64,000 bases of DNA, taken from an archaeon. GTDB taxonomy: Archaea > Nanobdellota > Nanobdellia > Woesearchaeales > UBA9642. The translations under genes were made by a program, and so were the position numbers. The first letter of the stretch is position 1. Each line of letters opens with the position of its first letter. Below are positions 8,464 through 18,074 of this stretch, in pieces. Under the pieces are notes generated by a model. The model was not told where the DNA came from and searched no databases. It saw only the letters and a list, made by a program, of their open reading frames with translations. The stretch covers positions 70,138-134,137 of the forward strand of contig JAZDHK010000001.1 of the NCBI GenBank assembly GCA_043806035.1, in the 5' to 3' direction.

Positions 8464-8789
8464 TTATCACACCTCTGCTCAGAGATGAAATCGAGAAACG
8501 ATTCAAAGCAGAAGCAGTCAAGATATTCTCACTGCTTGATTCTCTGCGAAATAATCCAAAAAAAGGACAAACCATCGGCGCGGTCGGCAACATCATCATC
8601 AAAGAACTCAAGTACAAAAAGTTCAGGTTCTATTTTCTGGCAGATCGCTACAAAATTGTCTTCCGCAAGATCGAGGAACTCAAAGATCTCCTCATAAAAG
8701 TAGTGCGCATGTCAGAGAAGAACAACCAGCAGAAAACGATTGACGAAATAAAAAATATTTTACGAGCGCTTGGAGAAGCAGGATTCTAA
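8451..8789 (+). CDS. Putative RelE/ParE-like toxin
   Basis: GTG start overlapping the antitoxin end; basic 112-aa protein with LRNNPKKG...IKELKYKKFRFYF pattern. Confidence 0.6.
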   Translation: MAKVVITPLLRDEIEKRFKAEAVKIFSLLDSLRNNPKKGQTIGAVGNIIIKELKYKKFRFYFLADRYKIVFRKIEELKDLLIKVVRMSEKNNQQKTIDEIKNILRALGEAGF

Positions 8790-8897
8790 AAATAGACCCT
8801 GCGATACAACGCAGTTATATAATGTCCCGTCCGGATATAGTACTGTAGGAGTGAGCTTGCACGCAAAGTTTTTAAATGCCTCTCTGCTCATCATCGT

Positions 8898-9317
8898 ATG
8901 CAGCCGTACGAGTTTTTCGACCACACAGCAGACACGCTGTTCAAGGCGCACGGCAAGAATCTCGAGGAAGCGTTCGCCAACGCAGCACGAGCACTCACCT
9001 CACTCATGGTGGATCCCACACAGGTCAAGGAAGTCGAACGCAGAACGATCAACGTGCAAGGCTACGACCTTAAAGCACTGCTCTACAATTTTCTCGAGCA
9101 CTTCCTGATACTTGTCGACGCGGAAGGATTCATCATGCACGATCTTGAACATGTGGCCATCAAGCGCGGCAAGACTTTCGAACTGATCGCCTCAGTGACC
9201 GGTGATACTGTACGTAACTACGCTCCTGAAATGCATATCAAAGCCATAACATACAACGACATGCATATTGATGAGAACGAACAACAGGCAACCGTCCAGG
9301 TCGTTGTGGATTTGTAA
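8898..9317 (+). CDS. Archease
   Basis: YEFFDHTAD N-terminus, IKAITY, C-terminal VVVDL; adjacent to rtcB. Confidence 0.95.
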   Translation: MQPYEFFDHTADTLFKAHGKNLEEAFANAARALTSLMVDPTQVKEVERRTINVQGYDLKALLYNFLEHFLILVDAEGFIMHDLEHVAIKRGKTFELIASVTGDTVRNYAPEMHIKAITYNDMHIDENEQQATVQVVVDL

Positions 9318-9333
9318 TGCTCTGTGTGAGAAC

Positions 9334-12174
9334 ATGACCGACACAAACAGAATCAACTCCTACACGGTAGAATTGCCGCAGCACGACAAGATGCACGTCC
9401 CAGGCATAGTCTTTGCCAGCCCCATCCTTTTTGAGAAAATCCAGCAGGACAAGACTCTGGAACAGGTGCGGAACGTCGCCTGTCTGCCGGGCATCATCAA
9501 GTGGAGCATCGCCATGCCCGATGCCCATCAAGGCTATGGCTTTCCCATCGGTGGCGTGGCCGCGTTTGATTATGACACAGGCATCATTTCTCCAGGAGGT
9601 GTCGGATATGATATTAATTGTCTTCTTCCAGGAACCAACGTCTTGTGCGAACTTGGATACACTACACCCATAGAGCAGATAGGGAACGCATTGCCTGTCG
9701 AAATCACCTCGAACGGTTTCGGGCTTGCATTTGTCCACAGCGGCATCTGTGTGCGCACACTGGGTGCAGAAGCTGCAAAACCTGTCGCTGCGTTCATGAA
9801 AAAGAAATCGGACAGACGCGTTTTTGAAGTGAAGACCAGAACTGGATTGCAGCTTGCGTGCTCGGAAGACCACCCTATTTTCACCTCGCAGGGCATGATT
9901 GAAGCAGGACTGCTTGTTCCTGGAACAAACGTCGCAGTGTCTTATTTTGAGGGCATTCCCTATCAAAAAAGCGAGTGGAAAGACGAGACGGATATGGGAA
10001 TTGTGGCGAAAGTTTTCGGCTACATGCTCGGTGATGGCAGCCTCACAAGATGGCGGAACAAGTATTGCATCCGTGTTTATGGCAAAGAAACGGACATGGC
10101 ACGAATGCAGAAGGATCTTGCCAGAATAGGCATCAACTCACGCTACACAAAGATATCGCGCAATCATCGCATAACAACACAATATGGCGAGAAGACGTTC
10201 AGAGGAACCACTACTGAGCTCAGGATCTACTCCAAGAAATTTGCTGAACGGCTGCTCACATTAGGATTTCCTTTGGGAAACAAGACAGATAAACCATACA
10301 GGATTCCTGCCTGGGTTGTGGATGCTCCATTGTGGATTGTACGACTTTTCCTGGCAGGCTTTTTCGGAGCAGAATTGAGCTCGCCTTCAACACATAGCAA
10401 GACAGGGTTCTATGCACCAATACTGAGCCAGAACAAAAGTGCGCGACTTGAGGAGGTGGGTAGAGAGTTCTTGATAGATATCATGCAGCTTCTCGAGAGA
10501 TTCGGAGTGAAGGTGACCACCATTGCAAGCAGACAGGAGCATCCGAACAAACAAGGAAAGGTGATTCGGCTACGCCTTGAACTTGGCGCAGAAGAGGAGA
10601 ACCTGCTCGCTCTATGGCGCAAGATAGGATTTGAGTACAATGCGGAGCGTAGCTTATGCGCAGAGATTGCCTGCAAGTACATACTGCAGAAAAAACGACT
10701 GCAGTCAACTCGGGCAATGATCTCGTTTCGTGTGCGGGAACTCAAAAAGCAGGGCTTGCGGTTGGCCGAGGTGCAACGGCTTTTGGTGCGGCAAGGCGTG
10801 GCGAACGCAAGATTCATTGAGCGACAGTATTATGAGTGTGCTGGTCAGAGAATAACCCTCGATTTCCCATCGTTTGCAGCATTCGCAAAGGAGCAAGCAG
10901 AACGTTATGCCGTTGCAGGAACGCTCTTTGATGTCATTGAGTCTGTAAACATCATGAACTATGAGGGAGATGTCTACGACATTACCGTGGACACGACGCA
11001 TAATTTCTTTGCCAACGGCTTTGTGGTGTCCAACTGCGGCGTTCGTCTGCTCAGCACGCCTTTCACAACAAAAGACCTCGAGGGGAAAAAGCAGCAATTG
11101 CTCGATCGGCTCTTCAACTATGTGCCTCCTGGCGTGGGCAGAGACAGTCACGTCAAACTCACCAAAGAAGACCTAAAAGAAGTGCTCAATACGGGCATCA
11201 CGTGGTGCATCGCGCACGGCTACGCGACGAAAGAAGACGCGCAGCGTATCGAAGAACAGGGCAGCATGAGTTCTGCCAATGCGGAAATGGTGTCTGACAC
11301 GGCATTGTCGCGAGGCATCAAGCAATTGGGGACGCTCGGTAGCGGCAACCACTTCCTCGAACTGCAGCTCGTCGACAAAATACTGGACAAGAACACGGCC
11401 AATGCTTTCGGTATACGTCATGAAGGACAAGTCGTCATCATGATTCACTGCGGCTCACGAGGCCTGGGGCATCAGGTGTGCAGTGACTACCTCAAAAAAA
11501 TGGAACAAGAATACGGGACGAGCCACCTGCCCGACAGGGAATTGACGAATGCACCATTCCATTCCGTGCTGGGCCAGCAGTACTACAAGGCCATGTGCGC
11601 AGCAATGAATTTTGCGTTCTGCAACCGGCAGCTCATCACGCATTTCGTCAGAAAGGCTTGCAAGGATGTCCTCGGCAGCGATGAAAACATTGACATCGTG
11701 TATGATGTCTGCCACAACATCGCCAAAGTCGAACAACATCTCATCGACGGCGTGCAGAGAAAAGTCATCGTCCACCGCAAGGGCGCGACGAGAAGCTTCG
11801 GTCCAGGCAGGGAGGAAATTCCTGCTGTGTATCGTGCTCTCGGCCAGCCTATCCTGATCCCTGGCAGCATGGGGACGGCAAGCTACGTCCTTGTCGGGAC
11901 GGCAAAGGCAGAGGCATTGAGTTTTGGCAGCACGGCGCACGGTGCAGGCAGGGTCGCATCACGTACGTACGCACGCGCCACCGTTACTGGCGAAGAAGTG
12001 ACGAGAGAGCTTGCCGCGAAAGGCATACTCATCAAAGGGGCGTCGAAGAAAGGCATCGCGGAAGAAGCCCCTGCATTCTATAAGGATGTCGATGAAGTCG
12101 TCCGAGTCAGTCATGAGGCAGGCATTGGCAATATCGTTGCACGATTGATCCCTGTTGGTGTCGTGAAAGGGTAG
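9334..12174 (+). CDS. rtcB: RtcB tRNA-splicing ligase containing an intein
   Basis: MPDAHQGYGFPIGG, GYDIN/CGVR, GTLGSGNHFLE, HCGSRG, HRKGAT, PGSMG, HGAGR and final KG motifs. Confidence 0.95.
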   Translation: MTDTNRINSYTVELPQHDKMHVPGIVFASPILFEKIQQDKTLEQVRNVACLPGIIKWSIAMPDAHQGYGFPIGGVAAFDYDTGIISPGGVGYDINCLLPGTNVLCELGYTTPIEQIGNALPVEITSNGFGLAFVHSGICVRTLGAEAAKPVAAFMKKKSDRRVFEVKTRTGLQLACSEDHPIFTSQGMIEAGLLVPGTNVAVSYFEGIPYQKSEWKDETDMGIVAKVFGYMLGDGSLTRWRNKYCIRVYGKETDMARMQKDLARIGINSRYTKISRNHRITTQYGEKTFRGTTTELRIYSKKFAERLLTLGFPLGNKTDKPYRIPAWVVDAPLWIVRLFLAGFFGAELSSPSTHSKTGFYAPILSQNKSARLEEVGREFLIDIMQLLERFGVKVTTIASRQEHPNKQGKVIRLRLELGAEEENLLALWRKIGFEYNAERSLCAEIACKYILQKKRLQSTRAMISFRVRELKKQGLRLAEVQRLLVRQGVANARFIERQYYECAGQRITLDFPSFAAFAKEQAERYAVAGTLFDVIESVNIMNYEGDVYDITVDTTHNFFANGFVVSNCGVRLLSTPFTTKDLEGKKQQLLDRLFNYVPPGVGRDSHVKLTKEDLKEVLNTGITWCIAHGYATKEDAQRIEEQGSMSSANAEMVSDTALSRGIKQLGTLGSGNHFLELQLVDKILDKNTANAFGIRHEGQVVIMIHCGSRGLGHQVCSDYLKKMEQEYGTSHLPDRELTNAPFHSVLGQQYYKAMCAAMNFAFCNRQLITHFVRKACKDVLGSDENIDIVYDVCHNIAKVEQHLIDGVQRKVIVHRKGATRSFGPGREEIPAVYRALGQPILIPGSMGTASYVLVGTAKAEALSFGSTAHGAGRVASRTYARATVTGEEVTRELAAKGILIKGASKKGIAEEAPAFYKDVDEVVRVSHEAGIGNIVARLIPVGVVKG
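9619..11034 (+). mobile_element. Intein (472 aa) with LAGLIDADG-type homing endonuclease in rtcB
   Basis: Starts CLLPGT, block B CSEDHPI, endonuclease blocks FGYMLGDGS and FLAGFFGAE, ends HNFFANGFVVSN followed by extein Cys. Confidence 0.92.
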
Positions 12175-12246
12175 TGCATTGTTTTTTTGTTCTTTTACTT
12201 TTTTGTTTGCCCCTGTTTTAGCACGCACCAATGTATCACATTATAA

Positions 12247-12262
12247 AGTATACTAGTATACT
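12247..12262. promoter_or_regulatory. Perfect 16-bp palindrome, possible operator
   Basis: AGTATACTAGTATACT upstream of the TATA of the 12325 gene. Confidence 0.35.
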
Positions 12263-12324
12263 ATTTTATATATTAGCATACGTAAATAGAAAATTTTATA
12301 TAGTTCGACATCTTAACAGAGTGC

Positions 12325-12648
12325 ATGTCACTCACTACCTTACTGAGAAGAAGCAGCTACGAGGCAGGCAACACACTCGAGCTGCACCGTAAGTACACCT
12401 TCCTCGAGGACGTCGCTGTCGTGACAGAGAAGAAAAAAGAAAGTACTGACTGTTCCTTCGTCTTTTCAGGAAAACACACGTGGGAGGTATATGATAAAAC
12501 GACCGCGTACAACGTCGGCGATAAAGTACGCGTCCTGTATGCTCTTGCCCGGCATTACATCAAAGATTATCTCCCTCCTGATTTCACAGAGAAAAAAACA
12601 ATACGGGACATGACCGACAGATTCTACATCAACATCATCAAATGCTAA
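12325..12648 (+). CDS. Hypothetical protein (possible OB-like fold)
   Basis: 107-aa ORF after BRE/TATA (GAAAATTTTATATA); YNVGDKVRVLY motif. Confidence 0.6.
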   Translation: MSLTTLLRRSSYEAGNTLELHRKYTFLEDVAVVTEKKKESTDCSFVFSGKHTWEVYDKTTAYNVGDKVRVLYALARHYIKDYLPPDFTEKKTIRDMTDRFYINIIKC

Positions 12649-12670
12649 CGCACTATACATGTGTTTCTTA

Positions 12671-13273
12671 CTAGAACTCAAGGATTCTTCCGTGCCTGCC
12701 GACATTGATGACCTTTGTCTTGCCCACCTTCTCCTCAATGCCTTCTGCCTCATGCACGTGGCTACAGAGCAAAATATCGGGCTTGAACTGCTCAACCGCC
12801 TTGCGCACGCCCGTGCTGCCCTTGAAAAAATTCGTGAACTTCTCCATTGTCGTCTCGGTAGGATGCACGTGCGTCACCATGATCTTCGTCTTCATGCTCT
12901 TGATCTTCTCAAATCCTTCCTTCAACAGTCCATAGATTTCCTTCTCATTCAACTGATGAATGCCCAGATTCACACCAGAGCAACCAAAAAAACCAACGTC
13001 CTTATGCTTTATTGCATAGCCGTGCAGATTCACTGCACCATACACTTCCGCAAGAAAATCAACCGTCGCTATGCTCTCATGATTTCCCGGCACCATGATG
13101 ACCTTCTTCTTCCTCTTTACAAATGGGCCGATGATGTTCTTCGTATCCTGCTCTCTTTCCGTGAGATCACCACACAAAATGACCAAGTCGACATTCTCCT
13201 TCTCGGCACGAAGGGCCAGCTTCTCTGATATGCTACTGTCTCCCTGAATGTCCCCTGCTGCAAGAATTTTCAT
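12671..13273 (-). CDS. Calcineurin-like metallophosphoesterase
   Basis: GDIQG, CGDLT, PGNHE, THVHP and SHVHE motifs; start at MKILAAGD. Confidence 0.9.
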   Translation of the reverse strand: MKILAAGDIQGDSSISEKLALRAEKENVDLVILCGDLTEREQDTKNIIGPFVKRKKKVIMVPGNHESIATVDFLAEVYGAVNLHGYAIKHKDVGFFGCSGVNLGIHQLNEKEIYGLLKEGFEKIKSMKTKIMVTHVHPTETTMEKFTNFFKGSTGVRKAVEQFKPDILLCSHVHEAEGIEEKVGKTKVINVGRHGRILEF

Positions 13274-13839
13274 TATCTCTCCTTGATCTGGACCTTTTCC
13301 TTCTCCAAATGTACGAGCGTCGATGGTTTGCCGATGAGCTTGCCCTCGTTGATGACGAAATGAACGTATTCTTTGAGGCGTGGATCGAGATCCTCGATGC
13401 ACGTCATGATATCATCTCCTGTTGCATTCGCGCTGGTCGTGATGAACGGGACATTCGCTTCCTCGACGAGTTTGCTGATCCAGTGTTTAGGAATCCTGAC
13501 ACCAATGGTGGGTAGTCCGTTGTTCACATTGCTCGCGACAGCGTCTTTGTTTTTGAGTGGCAGAATCAGCGTGAACGAGCCCGGCAATTGCTTCAGCCAT
13601 GCCTCTGCTTCGGGGCTGAGCGTGCAGTTCTCCTTAATCCAATGTTTGGATGGTGCAATAATCGAGAACGGCTGTACATTGCTCTTCTTCGCTTCTCTGA
13701 TTCTTGCCACGAGTTTCTTGTCGAGTGCGTTGCAACCTATGCCATAGATAGTATCTGTGGGGTAGATGAAGATGCTTTTTGTCAGTTCTTTCCTGAACTT
13801 GCGTTGCTCCACTTCTTCTTTCGAGAGAATCCTGCACAT
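13273..13839 (-). CDS. sua5: Threonylcarbamoyl-AMP synthase (Sua5/YrdC/TsaC domain)
   Basis: YPTDTIYGIGC, LPGSFTLIL, IGVRIP, TTSAN and PSTLV motifs. Confidence 0.92.
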   Translation of the reverse strand: MCRILSKEEVEQRKFRKELTKSIFIYPTDTIYGIGCNALDKKLVARIREAKKSNVQPFSIIAPSKHWIKENCTLSPEAEAWLKQLPGSFTLILPLKNKDAVASNVNNGLPTIGVRIPKHWISKLVEEANVPFITTSANATGDDIMTCIEDLDPRLKEYVHFVINEGKLIGKPSTLVHLEKEKVQIKER

Positions 13840-13911
13840 ACGTTCGGGCAATGCGGTGTTCTTTAAAAATCTAGTGCTAACATTTAAAAATGCAAGGTCA
13901 TTCCGTGGAAT

Positions 13912-14916
13912 GTGACACATGTATCCAAAGGACGGGAACCAATACGCTTTCCCACCGAAAGTGTGAAAGAGAAGCAATGTACGGGCTATGTGCTCACTGC
14001 AGAGAACGCATCCAACGCAAGCAAACATCCACTTGTCATCTATGTACACGGGTTAGGGGGAAACGCTGCTGCAGAAGCGACAAGACAGTTTACTGATTAT
14101 TTTCGTGTGCACGCCATAACGAGCTTGGCGTTGAACCTGCCGGGGCATGGTGAACCTGCATTCATGAGTGCAGGCAGTAAGGAATCAGCGCTCCGTCTCG
14201 ACGCAAATGTTGCCTGCGTTAAGAAAGCAATAGAGTATGCGGCCTCTCGACAAGATATCCTTCTCGAAAAAATATATTTGTATGGAACGGGTTCTGGAGG
14301 TCCCATTGCACTCGCCACTGCAGTTCAGGATGAACGTATCAAAGCAGTAGCCACGAGATCATGCCTGCTCGACGTCCTGAACAATACTGCTGTGCACAAG
14401 ATGATTCACGGCATGTTTGATCCTCGTGGAACAAAACACCTTTCTAACCCACACTTCACGGCAGACATCATCCATGACATGCTCCCCCCTGCGGCTGATG
14501 GAGAATTCTCCTACATTACGCAGTGCGCAAAACAGCTCAAGGAACGACACCTGCCAGTCATGTATTGTTTCAGCACGTACGATCAATACATCCCTCTCGA
14601 ACACCAACTGCGACTCGCACAAGATCTCTGCATTCCCACAGCGTATCTCGAGGCAATGATTGAAGTCATGCAGAACCATTCTCGAAACCAGTCTGATGAT
14701 GATATTCTTAGACGAGAGGAGCTGCTCATGAACAAAGGCGTCTCTCTCGCGAACGGCATCATGGACCTCAACCCCTATCATGACACGATCATTTGGAGGG
14801 AGTATTTTGGTGCTGACAATCCTATGGACAATAAAATAAGCAAAAAAAGAAATTACTTCGAGAATGTCATAAAGAACGTCACCGCATTCTTCATCAAGCA
14901 AATAGAAAACATTTAG
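13912..14916 (+). CDS. Alpha/beta-hydrolase-fold protein
   Basis: IYVHGLGG, NLPGHG, elbow LYGTGSGG, DQYIP. Confidence 0.7.
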   Translation: MTHVSKGREPIRFPTESVKEKQCTGYVLTAENASNASKHPLVIYVHGLGGNAAAEATRQFTDYFRVHAITSLALNLPGHGEPAFMSAGSKESALRLDANVACVKKAIEYAASRQDILLEKIYLYGTGSGGPIALATAVQDERIKAVATRSCLLDVLNNTAVHKMIHGMFDPRGTKHLSNPHFTADIIHDMLPPAADGEFSYITQCAKQLKERHLPVMYCFSTYDQYIPLEHQLRLAQDLCIPTAYLEAMIEVMQNHSRNQSDDDILRREELLMNKGVSLANGIMDLNPYHDTIIWREYFGADNPMDNKISKKRNYFENVIKNVTAFFIKQIENI

Positions 14917-15020
14917 GCGATCTCTGCAAGGTATTTTTGGTATTCTCGTTCCTCTCCAGGCAAGATGAGCCGTTTTTCTTGCAGTATTTTGAGGACGTCT
15001 CTCGTGTAGCTCTCTTTCAT
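14913..15020 (-). CDS. Micro-ORF, 35 aa (MKESYTRDVLKILQEKRLILPGEEREYQKYLAEIA)
   Basis: ATGA overlap with upstream micro-ORF; GGGTGAG SD-like site. Confidence 0.5.
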   Translation of the reverse strand: MKESYTRDVLKILQEKRLILPGEEREYQKYLAEIA

Positions 15021-15148
15021 GGTCTCACCCATTGGTCGCTGAACTGATAGTCAAAGGACTTGTGCCAGTCCTTTCCTTTCACGCTCAGCTGTCGCAGCTG
15101 CTGGAAGCAGAGCTGTTCGATGAATGCGGTATTTTCATGAGGTTGCAT
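15017..15148 (-). CDS. Micro-ORF, 43 aa (MQPHENTAFIEQLCFQQLRQLSVKGKDWHKSFDYQFSDQWVRP)
   Basis: AAGGTGA SD a few nt upstream; follows a structured leader and TATA. Confidence 0.5.
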   Translation of the reverse strand: MQPHENTAFIEQLCFQQLRQLSVKGKDWHKSFDYQFSDQWVRP

Positions 15149-15160
15149 AGTTTCACCTTT

Positions 15161-15250
15161 GGGATCAAACCGCCGGAACGGGCACGTGGCATGCTGGAAG
15201 ACTGGGCTTCTTACGCTCTGGGGAAAGCGCCATTCCGGCTTTGACCATCC
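15161..15250 (-). ncRNA. Putative structured leader RNA (four-way junction)
   Basis: GGAT..GTCAAA/TTTGATCC and GCCGGAATGG/CCGTTCCGGC stems enclosing three short hairpins; begins about 22 nt downstream of TATA-like ATATAAATAC. Confidence 0.45.
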
Positions 15251-15501
15251 TAGTACAATCAGGGTGAGTTGTATTTATATGCGCTGCGCGAGGTTGTCCA
15301 GTGGTTTTTCCGCCGTGTTGCACTGTCTAGAACTACAAGGAAACAGGAAATCAACAGAAATTTGGCTTCGTGTCCAGTGCTAGAAAACCTGCAATTAACA
15401 ACTTATGTGAACTAGATTCTGTGCACATACCTAATTTATAGGGAGACAATTTCCAGAGATATCTTGCTTTTTTACACACTGAAAATCGTTGACTTCACGC
15501 T

Positions 15502-16281
15502 CTAGCCGAACGCGCCGTTCAAATAATCTTTTGTGAGCTTGTCTTTTGGTTTGCTGAAAAGCTGTTTCGTTGGTCCGTACTCGACCAGCTTGCCGTGCAG
15601 CAAGTACGCGGTGTAATCGCTGATGCGTCTCGCCTGGTGCATGTTGTGCGTCACGATGATGATGGTCTTCTCTTCCTTCAGTTTAATCAGCAACCTCTCT
15701 ATTTTTGCCGTCGCGATAGGGTCGAGTGCGGAACACGGCTCATCCAGCAGAATGACATCGGGCTGTATGGCCAGAGCGCGGGCAATGCAAAGACGCTGCT
15801 GCTGGCCACCAGAAAGCTTGAATGCAGACACGTGCAGCTTATCCTTGACCTCCTCCCAAAGGTCTGCCTTCTCGAGGCTCTGCCGCACTATTCTTTCAAT
15901 ATAGTCTTTGCTTGCGTGCTGCAATCGTACACCATATGCGACATTCTCGAAAACACTCATGGGAAAAGGATTGGGTTTCTGAAATACCATGCCGATATTC
16001 CTGCGTAATTCCACCACATCTGTTGTGGGTAGCAAGATGTTCTTGCGCCGGTAGAGAATGTTTCCCCTGACTTTTGCCGAGAGGACGAGATCGTTCATGC
16101 GATTGAGGCAGCGAAGCAATGTGGATTTGCCGCAGCCTGACGGGCCGATGAGTGCAGTGATCTTCTTTTTTGGGATGACCATGCTGACCTCGTACAGGAT
16201 CTGTTTCTCGTCATACCACACACTTACCTTGTGCAGTAGGAGGCGCTGCTGAGCGAGTGGGTCGAGCAATGCATCTACCAT
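15502..16281 (-). CDS. pstB: Phosphate ABC transporter ATPase
   Basis: GPSGCGKST, FQKPNPFP, LSGGQQQRLCIARAL, DEPCSALDP. Confidence 0.97.
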   Translation of the reverse strand: MVDALLDPLAQQRLLLHKVSVWYDEKQILYEVSMVIPKKKITALIGPSGCGKSTLLRCLNRMNDLVLSAKVRGNILYRRKNILLPTTDVVELRRNIGMVFQKPNPFPMSVFENVAYGVRLQHASKDYIERIVRQSLEKADLWEEVKDKLHVSAFKLSGGQQQRLCIARALAIQPDVILLDEPCSALDPIATAKIERLLIKLKEEKTIIIVTHNMHQARRISDYTAYLLHGKLVEYGPTKQLFSKPKDKLTKDYLNGAFG

Positions 16282-16285
16282 GTGA

Positions 16286-17164
16286 TCACCATTCTTTTTT
16301 CTTTCGTAACCTGTGCCTGATGAGGAATGCGCCTATGTTGAGCAAGGAGGTGAGCAGGATGAGCACGAGCGCCGTGCCGAGCGCGTACTGCATGGCTGAT
16401 GCATCTGCATGCTGCGTTGCAAGGATGAACGCATGATAGGGCAGAGCCATGAACTTGTCCAATGGAGAGAATGAAATGTAACCCATGTAGAACGTTGCTC
16501 CTACTATGATAATGGGTGCAGTCTCCCCCATCGCGCGGGACATGCCGAGGATACCTCCCGTGAGCATGCCTCCGCTCGCATGCGGCAATACATTTTTGTG
16601 TATCGTCTGCCACTGCGTCGCTCCAAGAGCAAGGCTGCCTTCCCTAAATCCTGCAGGAACTGTCTTGAGCGCCTCCTCGCTTGCCGTGATGATCCAAGGC
16701 AGTGTCATGCAGCTGAGCGTGAGAATTGCAGCGAGCAACGACGTCCCCAAATGAAGAGAAAGCACAAAAAATGCGAGGCCGAACACGCCGTAGATAACGC
16801 TCGGCACACCAGCCAAATTTCTTACAGAAAGCGCAATGATTCTGCGGAACAGCGTATCCTTGGCGTACTCGTTGAGATAGATCGCTGTTGCCATGCCTAT
16901 CGGCAGAGTAACCACGACGACGCCAATGCAGAGGAAGACCGTGCCGATGATTGCCTGGATGATGCCTCCCTTGGCAATATTTTGATGTGACCAGATATTT
17001 GTGAGGAAGTGCCAGCTCATCACTGAAGATCCCTTGATGAGAAGATAGGCGAGCACGAGCAGCAGGATGATTAATGAGAGGAATGCAGCTGCGCGAAAGA
17101 GAAAAAAATAGATGCGTTGTCGTGCTTGTTCGTCGATGAAAGGATGCACTGCACTGCCTTTCAT
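16286..17164 (-). CDS. pstA: Phosphate ABC transporter permease
   Basis: AIYLNEY, LAGVPSVIYG, EGSLALGAT, RAMGETAP. Confidence 0.95.
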   Translation of the reverse strand: MKGSAVHPFIDEQARQRIYFFLFRAAAFLSLIILLLVLAYLLIKGSSVMSWHFLTNIWSHQNIAKGGIIQAIIGTVFLCIGVVVVTLPIGMATAIYLNEYAKDTLFRRIIALSVRNLAGVPSVIYGVFGLAFFVLSLHLGTSLLAAILTLSCMTLPWIITASEEALKTVPAGFREGSLALGATQWQTIHKNVLPHASGGMLTGGILGMSRAMGETAPIIIVGATFYMGYISFSPLDKFMALPYHAFILATQHADASAMQYALGTALVLILLTSLLNIGAFLIRHRLRKKKEW

Positions 17165-17174
17165 GCGAGCACAC

Positions 17175-18074
17175 TCACCATTTGTGCCTCCTGATCTGCC
17201 GATCAAGAATAAGATCTGCTATGAGATTGACAAGGAACGTCATGAGGAAGAGCACGATGGCGATGGCGAACAACGCCTGATAGTGCAGGCTTCCCTGGAC
17301 GACTTCCTTGATCTCGATGGCGATGTTTGCCGTCATAGGACGAACGGCGTCGAAAAACGAATGCGGAAAGGCAAGCGCGTTGCCCGCGAGCATGAGCACT
17401 GCCATGGTCTCTCCTACTGCCCTGCCGAGGCCGAGCATGACTGCGGCGATGATGCCCGAGCTTGCAGCTGGCAGCAAGGTCATGCGTATGGTCTGCCAAT
17501 GGCTCGCACCAAGAGCGAGGCTAGCTTCCTTGAACTCATTTGGGAGGGCAGTGAGGACGTCCTCGCTTATGCTGATGATGGTGGGCAGGACCATGATGGA
17601 CACAATGATGCTGGCGGTGAGCGCGTTCAATCCTGATGATAAGCCGAAGAGTGCAGCAATTGCAGGAGCGAGCACGATCAAGCCGAGCAGGCCAAGCACA
17701 ACAGAGGGTATGCCTGCAATCATCTCAATGACTGGCTTGATGACCTCTCGTGTTTTTGGAGAGGCAATCTCTGCAAGGTAGATTGCGCTTGCAATGCCCA
17801 AGGGTATGGCAAATGCCATCGCACCTATCGTCGTCAGCAGCGTTCCTACAATCATACCGGTGATGCCCCAGCCCTTATCATACCCATCAGGATTCCATTT
17901 TGTGCCGAAGAACTCTCCTAACGGAATGTGCTGGAATGCCTGTATTCCTGTTGTGAAGAGAAAAATAAAGATGCCGCATAGCACCAGCAACGCTGAAATG
18001 CTGACGACGGCAAAAAAAAGTCTTACCTTATCCAAGACTCTCGACCACGGCGACATTCTTGCGGATATCTTCAT
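17175..18074 (-). CDS. pstC: Phosphate ABC transporter permease
   Basis: AIYLAE, AGIPSVVLG, EASLALGAS, GRAVGETMAV; start may be 18056. Confidence 0.95.
   Translation of the reverse strand: MKISARMSPWSRVLDKVRLFFAVVSISALLVLCGIFIFLFTTGIQAFQHIPLGEFFGTKWNPDGYDKGWGITGMIVGTLLTTIGAMAFAIPLGIASAIYLAEIASPKTREVIKPVIEMIAGIPSVVLGLLGLIVLAPAIAALFGLSSGLNALTASIIVSIMVLPTIISISEDVLTALPNEFKEASLALGASHWQTIRMTLLPAASSGIIAAVMLGLGRAVGETMAVLMLAGNALAFPHSFFDAVRPMTANIAIEIKEVVQGSLHYQALFAIAIVLFLMTFLVNLIADLILDRQIRRHKW

Noticed and set aside
8235-8789. 184-aa ORF as listed in the track
   Set aside because: Its N-terminal part overlaps the antitoxin in another frame; the plausible gene starts at GTG 8451.
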